Shown here: piece after piece, positions 48,715 through 57,333 of the stretch
Position numbering within the stretch: the first letter of the stretch is position 1
Layout of the letters: each line of letters starts with the position of its first letter
Source of the DNA: an uncultured virus (IMG/VR IMGVR_UViG_2623621010_000003)
Lineage: Duplodnaviria; Heunggongvirae; Uroviricota; Caudoviricetes
DNA length: 64,000 nt
IMG/VR virus record: IMGVR_UViG_2623621010_000003
Direction: 5' to 3' (one strand)
Translations under genes and position numbers: made by a program
The notes under the pieces: generated by a model
What the model saw: the letters and a program-made list of their open reading frames with translations, nothing else
Databases searched by the model: none
Told to the model about the DNA's origin: nothing

Positions 48715-49140
48715 ATGTGTGAATGCCAATCTGTAGGTAATTTTTTTGTATGTCCGACTAATTTTTCAGATATTTTTAGCCATAACTACAATATAAAAGA
48801 TAGGTTTCCTCGTTACATAGTTGAAGATACTCCATGTGAGGAAGCACAACCAGAATTTGATTATGGTGAGTTTTATTATGTTTGTGCTGAATGTCAGCAA
48901 CCGTGGTATTTTGAATGTTATGCAGAAACGCCAACAAGTCCTATTTTTGGAATAAAACTTCTAGATATAAAGAAAACACTAAACCAAAATCAAATAAACA
49001 GTATTAAACAGTTCTTGGTTGTTTTAGCTCATGAGGGCTTTTCAGAAAGTAAGTGTATTCATCAGGGATGTCTGGACTATTCTCTTAATGGCATTAAGGT
49101 ATGCCTCAATCATTTTGGCTATAAATTTAGCCCCCATTAA
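48715..49140 (+). CDS. Cys-rich hypothetical protein (cassette 3)
   Basis: CxC, CxxC, C..C..C..H clusters; between pdif sites. Confidence 0.65.
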   Translation: MCECQSVGNFFVCPTNFSDIFSHNYNIKDRFPRYIVEDTPCEEAQPEFDYGEFYYVCAECQQPWYFECYAETPTSPIFGIKLLDIKKTLNQNQINSIKQFLVVLAHEGFSESKCIHQGCLDYSLNGIKVCLNHFGYKFSPH

Positions 49141-49148
49141 GAATATCA

Positions 49149-49176
49149 ATTCAACCTGATGGCGATTATTCTAAAT
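49149..49176 (-). other. XerD|XerC (pdif-like) site
   Basis: ATTCAACCTGA-TGGCGA-TTATTCTAAAT; same spacer as 9751-9756. Confidence 0.65.
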
Positions 49177-49180
49177 GCCC

Positions 49181-49471
49181 TCACTTGAGGGCTTCTACCA
49201 TAGCACCATACTTCGTCTTACAGTCGTTATATTTAGCAACTGTATCAATCGACCAAAGCATCACATCTTTACCCTGCCCAGACTCTAACTTTTGCAAATC
49301 CGCACAAGGCTCAAGGAGGTTCGCTGGAATCGTTGGTGATAAGTGAGTTGATTGCTGACACCCCATCATCATCAAAACAATGCTGCTGATACACAGGACG
49401 ATCAATGATCTTTTGCACTTCACGTGTAACTGTTTCGACTTGCACACGTTGCTTTGATTTTTCAGCTTCAT
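49181..49471 (-). CDS. o-spanin (Rz1-like lipoprotein); start uncertain
   Basis: Lipobox-like MMGC, IPANLLEPC, Y.DC; overlaps the Rz gene. Confidence 0.7.
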   Translation of the reverse strand: MKLKNQSNVCKSKQLHVKCKRSLIVLCISSIVLMMMGCQQSTHLSPTIPANLLEPCADLQKLESGQGKDVMLWSIDTVAKYNDCKTKYGAMVEALK

Positions 49472-49688
49472 AATCTGAACTCACTTTATTGATTTGATCT
49501 TGTTTGGCTGCCAGGGCTTTTAAGTGCTTCTGTTCAATTTCCTGCACTTTGGCAATGCACTTGGAATCGGCTTCTTTCAACTGCCCAGATAAACGATTGG
49601 TGTATGCAATTTGGCAAACCCATAAAACAAAAAAGACCGCTATTGCGATCCATGTTTTGAACTTCCATAAGGCTATAAGTATCGGCAT
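49311..49688 (-). CDS. i-spanin (Rz-like)
   Basis: N-terminal TM, coiled coil, RPVY..CFDDDG. Confidence 0.75.
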   Translation of the reverse strand: MPILIALWKFKTWIAIAVFFVLWVCQIAYTNRLSGQLKEADSKCIAKVQEIEQKHLKALAAKQDQINKVSSDYEAEKSKQRVQVETVTREVQKIIDRPVYQQHCFDDDGVSAINSLITNDSSEPP

Positions 49689-50191
49689 TACTGTGCCCCC
49701 ATGCATTTTTCATAACGCTCAACTTGTCGAGTCCAAACGCCATAACAGTTGTTAGATCTAATACTGCAGTCACGCTTGGCAACGTATTTCCATTTCAAAA
49801 GTGACTTACATGCAGCAACGTATTGCCCTGCTTTCAAGTTTCGAAGCATGGAAGATTGATTCCAATTGGCTTGGCCAAAGTTGTAGGTGAAGTCGAGATA
49901 CACGTCATATTCAACTTGAGACAACTTCACACCAGGCATAGATTTACGAAAAGCCACTTCATCTTTGGCCACATGTGCCTTTGCCCATTCCAAAGCTGTT
50001 TTGCGCGTAATCGGTGGATCAGTCATTTTGATTGGCTGACTATTCGGTTTTACTGTTGAGCCAATCCCTTGAGTCACTACCCCGCCTGAGTCCTTATATG
50101 GCTTGGCAGAGTAGCCTTCATGCAATTCTAGGGACGTAAAAAAAGCAGCCGAAGCTGCTAATCCCATCACCCAATATTTAGTCTTTGACAT
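49688..50191 (-). CDS. GH24 lysozyme endolysin with SAR-like N-terminus
   Basis: HEG.....Y.D..GV.T catalytic triad; FTYNFG. Confidence 0.9.
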   Translation of the reverse strand: MSKTKYWVMGLAASAAFFTSLELHEGYSAKPYKDSGGVVTQGIGSTVKPNSQPIKMTDPPITRKTALEWAKAHVAKDEVAFRKSMPGVKLSQVEYDVYLDFTYNFGQANWNQSSMLRNLKAGQYVAACKSLLKWKYVAKRDCSIRSNNCYGVWTRQVERYEKCMGAQ

Positions 50192-50453
50192 TGCACTCCC
50201 CGTTTAATTTGCGCTTTTCTAGTTCATGTATTTCTTGCTCACGTTGATCTTTACGTTTCTGAAATTGGCGATTCGATAGGAAATTCATGAAGCTAATAAT
50301 CAAACCAGCCAAACCAATTCCAACACCAATTAAAAAACCCCAGTCCCATGTTGCTGCCCAGGACACAAGTGTTACCCCTGTGCCTGTTGCTGTAGTAACT
50401 TTTCCTGCAATCGCTGCTGAAGTTTCAGCAACTGCAGTTGTTGTTTCAGACAT
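50178..50453 (-). CDS. holin
   Basis: TM segment, charged C-terminus, upstream of the endolysin. Confidence 0.7.
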   Translation of the reverse strand: MSETTTAVAETSAAIAGKVTTATGTGVTLVSWAATWDWGFLIGVGIGLAGLIISFMNFLSNRQFQKRKDQREQEIHELEKRKLNGECNVKD

Positions 50454-50530
50454 GTTATTCCCCGAATTTTTGACATAAAAAAAGCCCCGATGTGGGGCCT
50501 GCATAGTTTTGGCTCGTATAAAAGATTCAA

Positions 50531-51514
50531 TTACTCAAAAAGACCACTCATATATTCAAATATAAGCTGCTGATCAGTTGCGTTTGGTATTTTATCAACC
50601 ACCATAGCACCATAGAAATTTCCTACAAATGGAAATGATCCTGAAGGTGAATTTAGCAAGGTTAAAACACTAGCTGGATCATTAAAATCAATAGTATTCG
50701 CTTCAAATTCTCTATTACTAATTGATGTCAAATCCTCCTTAATTACAGGGATATTGTTAGTGACAGAAGGGGTTTGAGAAATTACAAAAACAATATTCTT
50801 ATTTAATGTTGGTGGTGCTGCAGATAAATATTTCGATGTATAAGTTGCTCCAGATGAGAGACTTCTTGAGCATTGAAATAATGTCGTATTTTTAAAAGGA
50901 ACTGTTGTTCTATAGTCGAAATATATAGCACATGCAACATTCGCGGCAGTTGATGGCTCTCCTGTTGAAGCTATTACTTGAGCTGTTGATGGACCTGTTA
51001 CTTTTATCGCCAAAACAATGTATTTATTTTTATCCCTCTCGTGTAAAAATCTCCACTTTGTTTTGTTTGTATCATTCAGCTTTAATACTGAATTTGCACT
51101 GGTTAGATGGTTACCTGTTTTTGGTGGCTTGGTTGAAGATGTAACCAGCATTGCAGCTTCTTTTCCTGCCTTACTTGGTATCGATAATACATTGCCGCTA
51201 CCATCAAGTATGGCATCTTTTACTATCCATGCATCACCTACTGATGCATTTGATAATATCCAATTCTTTAACCAATCGACTGTTGTAAACGTTGACTCCG
51301 AACTAATCTTTTCATTACTACCTCGAACAGCTCCAATCCTAAAGAAATAGTTTTTATTCTCCTCAATTGTTGAGTCTGAATAACTTGTTTCAGTTATCCC
51401 TGTAACAATTGGAGGTGGAAGTCCATTTATAGGCGTAGAAATTTCATATCTATAGTAATTGAAGCTATGAACTAGACCATCGACATGCCAACTTAAATCA
51501 ACTTTTTTACTCAT
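50531..51514 (-). CDS. tail-associated/receptor-binding-like protein (FN3-like N-terminus)
   Basis: LSW...YYRY...Y.D...YFFRIGA pattern; last tail-operon gene. Confidence 0.55.
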   Translation of the reverse strand: MSKKVDLSWHVDGLVHSFNYYRYEISTPINGLPPPIVTGITETSYSDSTIEENKNYFFRIGAVRGSNEKISSESTFTTVDWLKNWILSNASVGDAWIVKDAILDGSGNVLSIPSKAGKEAAMLVTSSTKPPKTGNHLTSANSVLKLNDTNKTKWRFLHERDKNKYIVLAIKVTGPSTAQVIASTGEPSTAANVACAIYFDYRTTVPFKNTTLFQCSRSLSSGATYTSKYLSAAPPTLNKNIVFVISQTPSVTNNIPVIKEDLTSISNREFEANTIDFNDPASVLTLLNSPSGSFPFVGNFYGAMVVDKIPNATDQQLIFEYMSGLFE

Positions 51515-54243
51515 ATTTCATTCACTATCGCAGTTAAGTTATAAGGGGCACTGAAGAAAGTAGAAAGCTCAACAATATGATTGAAATATTGGTACGAGTC
51601 ATATCCCTCTCTCGTTGTTTTTAAAACAATTTGCACCGATCTCGTGGCTGGCTGCATCGAGGACATTGGCAGTGTATAACTGCTCGACCCTGTTACATTG
51701 ACGGCATTACTTGCAAGAACCAGATTGGCTTCATCTAACTCAATCAAGGTTAAATAGGTCTGTGTATTTGCCTCTATCGCAACTCCACTCTCAAACCAAC
51801 CAAGAATTTCACCACCTGTTTGTTGTGATCGATTTCGGTCCACCCATGTCAAAATTAGATCCGTCTCAATTTCTATTGGGAAATATTGACCATTAATTTT
51901 CACATTTGCTGGTGGGTATGGTCGTATAGCACGTGAATGTATAGTGACTGTTTGAGTATCAGAGCCAGATAAATCTAAAATGCCACTTGGTGTCGTACTC
52001 AATGCTTTTACATCTATGGCTTCTCCCAAGGCATACTCAGTCGAATCTACAGCAACAAAATCATCAGCAAAGAATAAAACACTATCATCAGCATGGATTT
52101 TCGGGATTGTATCCAACGCACCGCGCTTTACTGTTAATAACTTAGATGCTGCATCAAAACCTTGAAACACCATAATTTCATTGTTTATAAAGATTTGACT
52201 TCCAATTCGAACAGAAGCCAAGTCTCCAACTTTTTTGACAATAAATGATGATGCAAGTCTGTCTATTGATTGATCAAGTTGAGCTGTTTCACAGTACTGA
52301 ATTACTGCTGAATTTTCATATCCAGTGCCAGCATCTGTATGCATTTGAGCATTCAATGAGTTATTTTGAGAACGTTGTGCTACGACAGCAACATAGCCAG
52401 AATCTGGATTAAAAGCTAACTCATCATCTACTGTACGTTGCCCATGAGCTTGTACAGCTTCAAAATACGATAACTCAAAAGCTTTAAATAAAATGGGTTG
52501 CGGTGGCAATGGTGTCACATCAATCTTGTCATCAATGACCACACTAGATGTTAATTCATCAGAAAATGGTACAACTTCAACAAAATCAATACTGACTGTA
52601 TTGTCTATCCCATCACCCAGATTAATATTCATAATCCGTACCGGCAGATCAGCAATGCCTTTTCTGGACCAATTCAATTTTACGATGTCATAGCGGTTCC
52701 ACTTACGTGCCTGATTATGGCCAGTCGTAAAAGATCCTTTCCAACACGGTGTTGTGAATTGTTTGAGCTTCCATTGCGCTACGACTGCAGCATTACGCTG
52801 ATTCATAAAATATGGAAAATCTGAACTCTCAGCATTGACCCGACCTTGCATATTTTTGATGGATGCATTTTCAGAAATTGAAAATGATGCATTTTTAATA
52901 TTATTGCGATCGTAATAACTCACATTGAGTTGATTCACAACATCATCTGCATTTTGGACTTCAAATGAGATAGATTTAATCTTACTTTCAGCAAGTGTGT
53001 GAATTTCATCTTCTTTAAACCAGTCGTCACGAAACAGTACCATTTCATATAAGCCTGTTTGACGATTGACTCGAATCCCCGCTTCAATGTGCGAACACAA
53101 TTCATTAATGGCATCAATGCATGATTTTTCAGTAATCGCCCATGAAATTCCCAAACCTTCATCCCAAACTCGATCAGCAGCTTTAACGAAATTAGCAACA
53201 TTGACATTATGTTCAGGCTTATTCATTGCTGTATCGTCGGTCAGGATCTCACGGATTTTATGGATCGGATTGATGTCACCAGAATTGGCATAAATTGGGG
53301 TTTGATGGTTATCTAGATTATTGATCACAAAATCATAATTAAACTTAAAGCGACCATCAAAACCATATTTCCCATGCATATCTAAACCAATATCAGTCGC
53401 AGATGAACGACAAATATAGGTCACGCGTCTTGCTTTAAATCCAGAAGTATTTGGATATTCACTACTTACATCTTCTTCTGTATGTTCAAAAATCTCGAGT
53501 CCAGGCGGAACATTGGTATCCATTTCAACTGTGTGATACGTAATCAAATAGCTTACTTTTATAAACTCGAATTGTAAAAATCCAGAGCCTTGCACGCGAT
53601 TCAAAATAGATTGCTTATAGTTACTCACATCGCCTTGGGCATCGTTTGAACCTGAACCATCACTTAAAGGTAATCCCCTAAATAATTCATCTCTCAAATA
53701 TCCAATTTCAAGATCAGCAAAATAGTAAGTAAAAGTTTGATATGGGACATCATTATTGATTTCAAAGTTATTTTTATAATCTACAATATTGGTTAAATCT
53801 GGAACTTCTGCTTTAGCTTCATACCATTGCGGACCGTAATCATTCTTAATGTGAATTCGCTTTGGCCAAAGCAACATTTCTTTCATGTAGCCTGAATTGC
53901 CTAGATAAAAATCTTCAAATGCAAGATAGGATTGAAACGGATAAGCCAATGGTGGTAAGTCATTTTCAGCAAGATAATCTGTATAAAAAGAGACTGGCAT
54001 AGGATTGGCTGTGCCATAACGTGCATGGATTTGCCCAGTAACACCGCCCTCATTTTCCCCAAATAAATTTGGTTTATTGATCATTCCAACATCCAGCGGA
54101 TTACCCTGATCATCAAGTAATGGGATTGCCCATCCACGCTTATCAAAATTAATGCCCAGCAATTTTTCAATCGGATTACCAATAAACAAAAGAAAATTGG
54201 CAAAGTATTGATAGCCTGTGACTTGCTTACTGCTCCCGCCCAT
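51511..54243 (-). CDS. tail tip/host-specificity protein
   Basis: MGGSSKQVTGY.Y, NLFG..EGGV.G, RGALDT.P, RA.RPYPP. Confidence 0.8.
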   Translation of the reverse strand: MGGSSKQVTGYQYFANFLLFIGNPIEKLLGINFDKRGWAIPLLDDQGNPLDVGMINKPNLFGENEGGVTGQIHARYGTANPMPVSFYTDYLAENDLPPLAYPFQSYLAFEDFYLGNSGYMKEMLLWPKRIHIKNDYGPQWYEAKAEVPDLTNIVDYKNNFEINNDVPYQTFTYYFADLEIGYLRDELFRGLPLSDGSGSNDAQGDVSNYKQSILNRVQGSGFLQFEFIKVSYLITYHTVEMDTNVPPGLEIFEHTEEDVSSEYPNTSGFKARRVTYICRSSATDIGLDMHGKYGFDGRFKFNYDFVINNLDNHQTPIYANSGDINPIHKIREILTDDTAMNKPEHNVNVANFVKAADRVWDEGLGISWAITEKSCIDAINELCSHIEAGIRVNRQTGLYEMVLFRDDWFKEDEIHTLAESKIKSISFEVQNADDVVNQLNVSYYDRNNIKNASFSISENASIKNMQGRVNAESSDFPYFMNQRNAAVVAQWKLKQFTTPCWKGSFTTGHNQARKWNRYDIVKLNWSRKGIADLPVRIMNINLGDGIDNTVSIDFVEVVPFSDELTSSVVIDDKIDVTPLPPQPILFKAFELSYFEAVQAHGQRTVDDELAFNPDSGYVAVVAQRSQNNSLNAQMHTDAGTGYENSAVIQYCETAQLDQSIDRLASSFIVKKVGDLASVRIGSQIFINNEIMVFQGFDAASKLLTVKRGALDTIPKIHADDSVLFFADDFVAVDSTEYALGEAIDVKALSTTPSGILDLSGSDTQTVTIHSRAIRPYPPANVKINGQYFPIEIETDLILTWVDRNRSQQTGGEILGWFESGVAIEANTQTYLTLIELDEANLVLASNAVNVTGSSSYTLPMSSMQPATRSVQIVLKTTREGYDSYQYFNHIVELSTFFSAPYNLTAIVNEI

Positions 54244-54418
54244 TTTTTACATACTCCACAACTTGCTGCGCCATTGCATCATTGGTCTGCTCGACAATTT
54301 CGAGATCAATTCCATTTTCTAGAAAGTCTTTCCAATCCCAACCTTTGGACAAAAAAAATGCCCGCGATCCGCGAGCACACATCTGGGTTTTACGTAAATC
54401 AGACATATAGATTTTCAT
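54227..54418 (-). CDS. tail assembly protein
   Basis: C.RG.RAFF...G.DW.DFL.NGI motif. Confidence 0.7.
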   Translation of the reverse strand: MKIYMSDLRKTQMCARGSRAFFLSKGWDWKDFLENGIDLEIVEQTNDAMAQQVVEYVKNGREQ

Positions 54419-54663
54419 TACTTACCTGACTTGGATTTGATCGGCATGGTTCGTTGCCCCCAAATATGCGTCATGTTGCCGTACATATGAGGACTGCCTG
54501 CAATGTCAGAAAATGAAGTGCCTTCATCTGCAATCGTTCCATCCAGTTGATTAGCCTCTTGCTTATTTTTCTTTTGCATTTTGCGCATGGTGTAGTAGCT
54601 ATATGCTGCCGTAGCCACCATCAACGCAAGCATGGCGTAAATTACCCAAGGTGCAATAACCAT
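54418..54663 (-). CDS. small tail-tip protein
   Basis: TM + ADEG....I.G; tail operon. Confidence 0.65.
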   Translation of the reverse strand: MVIAPWVIYAMLALMVATAAYSYYTMRKMQKKNKQEANQLDGTIADEGTSFSDIAGSPHMYGNMTHIWGQRTMPIKSKSGK

Positions 54664-54673
54664 TTGACTCTCC

Positions 54674-55591
54674 TCATTTAATTAATTGCGTATAAATTGG
54701 GTTGCTATTCGGAATAAATGGATGCCCAGCAAACCGTAAATTATTGGCAAATTTCTCATGACACATTTTCAAAGACTGATCACAACCTGGTGCGACTCGG
54801 ACGACATCACCGACTTGTAAACCAATATGTTGCCGATACAACTTGGCACCCGTACCTGATCCTGTAATCAGTAATGTGTGCACACCATCTTTGACCAATA
54901 ATCCGAGATACAGATAGCCATCTGGGTAGGTTTTGGTTTCCATCACTGGATCACCATCTTGATAACTAGGATTCCCTTGGCCATCAAGAACTGGGGTTCC
55001 TTCACCATCTAAGACAGGAACTTGCTCAAAGATAGGATCGCCATTCTCATCGACAACTTGAGTCGGGTTAACTGTGAATGAAATGTTCAAATCGCTAATC
55101 GCAGTAACGGTCACATCAAAAGACCATTGTTCAAAAGAAAGACCACAGAAGCGGTCATAAATTGAATTTGGGCATGTGGCCTGAAACTTCCGCGTTAGAA
55201 TATTGCGGTTTAAGTAAGACTCCCCAGTCTCACAGACCAAAGTCATCGTATCTGCAGATTCATCAAACTTGGGCTGCGTTACACGTCCTTTGTGCAAGAC
55301 CAGCGTTTCGTTATTCAAAAGCTCTAAGATGGTGATCGTTATCCCACCATAGAATATCTTATTGATGAATACTGCTTTAAGGTCGTCCCCATCCTGATTA
55401 AGCAAATTCATTTGCGGAAAAGTCACTTCGGTATCACATTTATCAATGCTTTCATCTTCAATCACAGTACGTTGTAAGCCACGAACTGGAAGGTATTCAA
55501 TACTGTTATGGACCACAGTTTTACGTGCACTGGTAAAATTCCAAGTCTTATCCCCATGCTTAAGCTGATACAGCTCGACACGTGTTTTCAT
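54674..55591 (-). CDS. BR0599/DUF2163-family tail protein
   Basis: CP..IYD..CG; PGCD.S...C..KF.N..RF.G.PFIP. Confidence 0.85.
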   Translation of the reverse strand: MKTRVELYQLKHGDKTWNFTSARKTVVHNSIEYLPVRGLQRTVIEDESIDKCDTEVTFPQMNLLNQDGDDLKAVFINKIFYGGITITILELLNNETLVLHKGRVTQPKFDESADTMTLVCETGESYLNRNILTRKFQATCPNSIYDRFCGLSFEQWSFDVTVTAISDLNISFTVNPTQVVDENGDPIFEQVPVLDGEGTPVLDGQGNPSYQDGDPVMETKTYPDGYLYLGLLVKDGVHTLLITGSGTGAKLYRQHIGLQVGDVVRVAPGCDQSLKMCHEKFANNLRFAGHPFIPNSNPIYTQLIK

Positions 55592-56796
55592 GAAGATAAC
55601 TCCGTTATTGGCACCGTGACTTGTGTGATTCCAGCACCTAAAAACTGAAATTCAATTTGATCCGCGTCAAAGCGATGTAGACCTAAATAACAGACCTTTT
55701 GAATATCGCTCACGGGCACATTCAAAGCGGGTGAAACCGTCAAAGTCGTTGCTGTTTTTGCTGTAATTGCGTGTGCTGTCCAAATATCATTGACCTTGAC
55801 TGCAATGTGCTTTCGGTCCGCTTCTAGAATATAAGCAGTATCTGTATTCAGTACGTTATAGACCGTGCCTGTGTTGGTGATATGCAAATGCTTTTCATAC
55901 AACGGCATCCAAAATGCTTTTAAACGTCCCATTCTCCGAAATAAGAAACGACGGTATTCATGAAATTCTGACCAGTCTTTCAGCACTGACTTAAACGGTT
56001 TTATGTAACGTGGCTTGGCATGATGGGTAAATTGCTGAAATCCACCAATCGTTCCATCCACAATGCTTTGCTGTTGAGTCAAGGTCATTTCTAAAGAATC
56101 GCCATCTAGACGCAGCGGATTGAAGTAAATGTCGTCGCCCAAGTATTGCATTGGTTCATCACCATCATGTTCTGGCAAATCCTCAGCAATCACACGAAAG
56201 ACCACCGAAGCATTGGACCAGAAGCCACCCGAATTGAGTGAGGCATCGCCATCAATAATGCAGATCCGTAAAGGCATAATCACTGCATTGGTTACCGTGA
56301 TATTTGCTGAAAGTCGAAAGCCATCCTGATATTCAGTTTCTAAAGGCTGAATCACTTCATTGGTTTCAGGATCTCGGATTTCCTCTTGGGTGATGATGTA
56401 ACGCCCGATCTCGGTAATTTCGACCACCTGAACACCTTCACGACTCTCTATAAAAGCGAAACCGACTTTTAAGTCGGCTTGAGTATTTGATGTATCCAGG
56501 ATAATAAAATCATCCTCAGCAATATCAGGAATGCTACGTTTCACCTGTCGCAGAGGTATGCCCCAGTAGTTTCGTAAATTGGCATACAACATATGGAACA
56601 TGTCACCCATGGCTTTCTGCATTTGCACGTACTTAAAGCTCAGGATCTGCCGTGGTGCATCTCGCAATGCATTACGCTCTTCACTCCCATCAAATGATTC
56701 GTGAACTTCAGTTAAGAACTCAAGCCGTTCAGTAGATTCAAGTAGAGGGCAATTTGTTAATACATGCACCTCACCATATGCTGTTTGTATTTTCAT
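55588..56796 (-). CDS. distal tail-like protein
   Basis: E.LEF.T.V....G.E.R.ALR..PR; GR...FW.P. Confidence 0.7.
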   Translation of the reverse strand: MKIQTAYGEVHVLTNCPLLESTERLEFLTEVHESFDGSEERNALRDAPRQILSFKYVQMQKAMGDMFHMLYANLRNYWGIPLRQVKRSIPDIAEDDFIILDTSNTQADLKVGFAFIESREGVQVVEITEIGRYIITQEEIRDPETNEVIQPLETEYQDGFRLSANITVTNAVIMPLRICIIDGDASLNSGGFWSNASVVFRVIAEDLPEHDGDEPMQYLGDDIYFNPLRLDGDSLEMTLTQQQSIVDGTIGGFQQFTHHAKPRYIKPFKSVLKDWSEFHEYRRFLFRRMGRLKAFWMPLYEKHLHITNTGTVYNVLNTDTAYILEADRKHIAVKVNDIWTAHAITAKTATTLTVSPALNVPVSDIQKVCYLGLHRFDADQIEFQFLGAGITQVTVPITELSS

Positions 56797-56858
56797 TTTG
56801 TCCTCAAATATTAGGCAATAAAAAACCGCCCATTTGGACGGTCAAATACAGTATTTAA

Positions 56859-57206
56859 TTAATCAAAAAGTTCTGGATAATCCGTCAGTGCTCTTAAGCA
56901 AGTTGCGTTTCTGCCAGTTTCTTCCAGTTCACTTTTGGTTGAGAATATACCAACACGAGTTGCATTCCCCATTGTGGTTTCACCATATTGAGCTATACAT
57001 TGTTTGCTCATTTGGAAAATAGCTTCAGCAACTTCGCTGTTCGCGCTTTCTTCATCAAGGTTACATTGTGATTTGATAGTCATCATATAACCTAAGATAT
57101 CTGCATTATCCTTACAATCATCTAAAGTTAGATTATCCAAATCCAAAGCCCATGTATTCATAGCTATTAATGCTAATAAAGTAGTAAATATAGCTTTTAG
57201 TTTCAT
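56859..57206 (-). CDS. exported small protein (moron in the tail operon)
   Basis: Signal peptide, 4 Cys, own terminator near 56820-56842. Confidence 0.65.
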   Translation of the reverse strand: MKLKAIFTTLLALIAMNTWALDLDNLTLDDCKDNADILGYMMTIKSQCNLDEESANSEVAEAIFQMSKQCIAQYGETTMGNATRVGIFSTKSELEETGRNATCLRALTDYPELFD

Positions 57207-57333
57207 TTCACCCTCTTCAAAAAATTATTTTTTTCATGAATTTTCAAACAGATGAATCATACTAAAAACTATATTCACTAGCCATAGGTTTACCCAATAT
57301 CCCCCTAATATTGAAAATTGCCTAGAACGGTGG

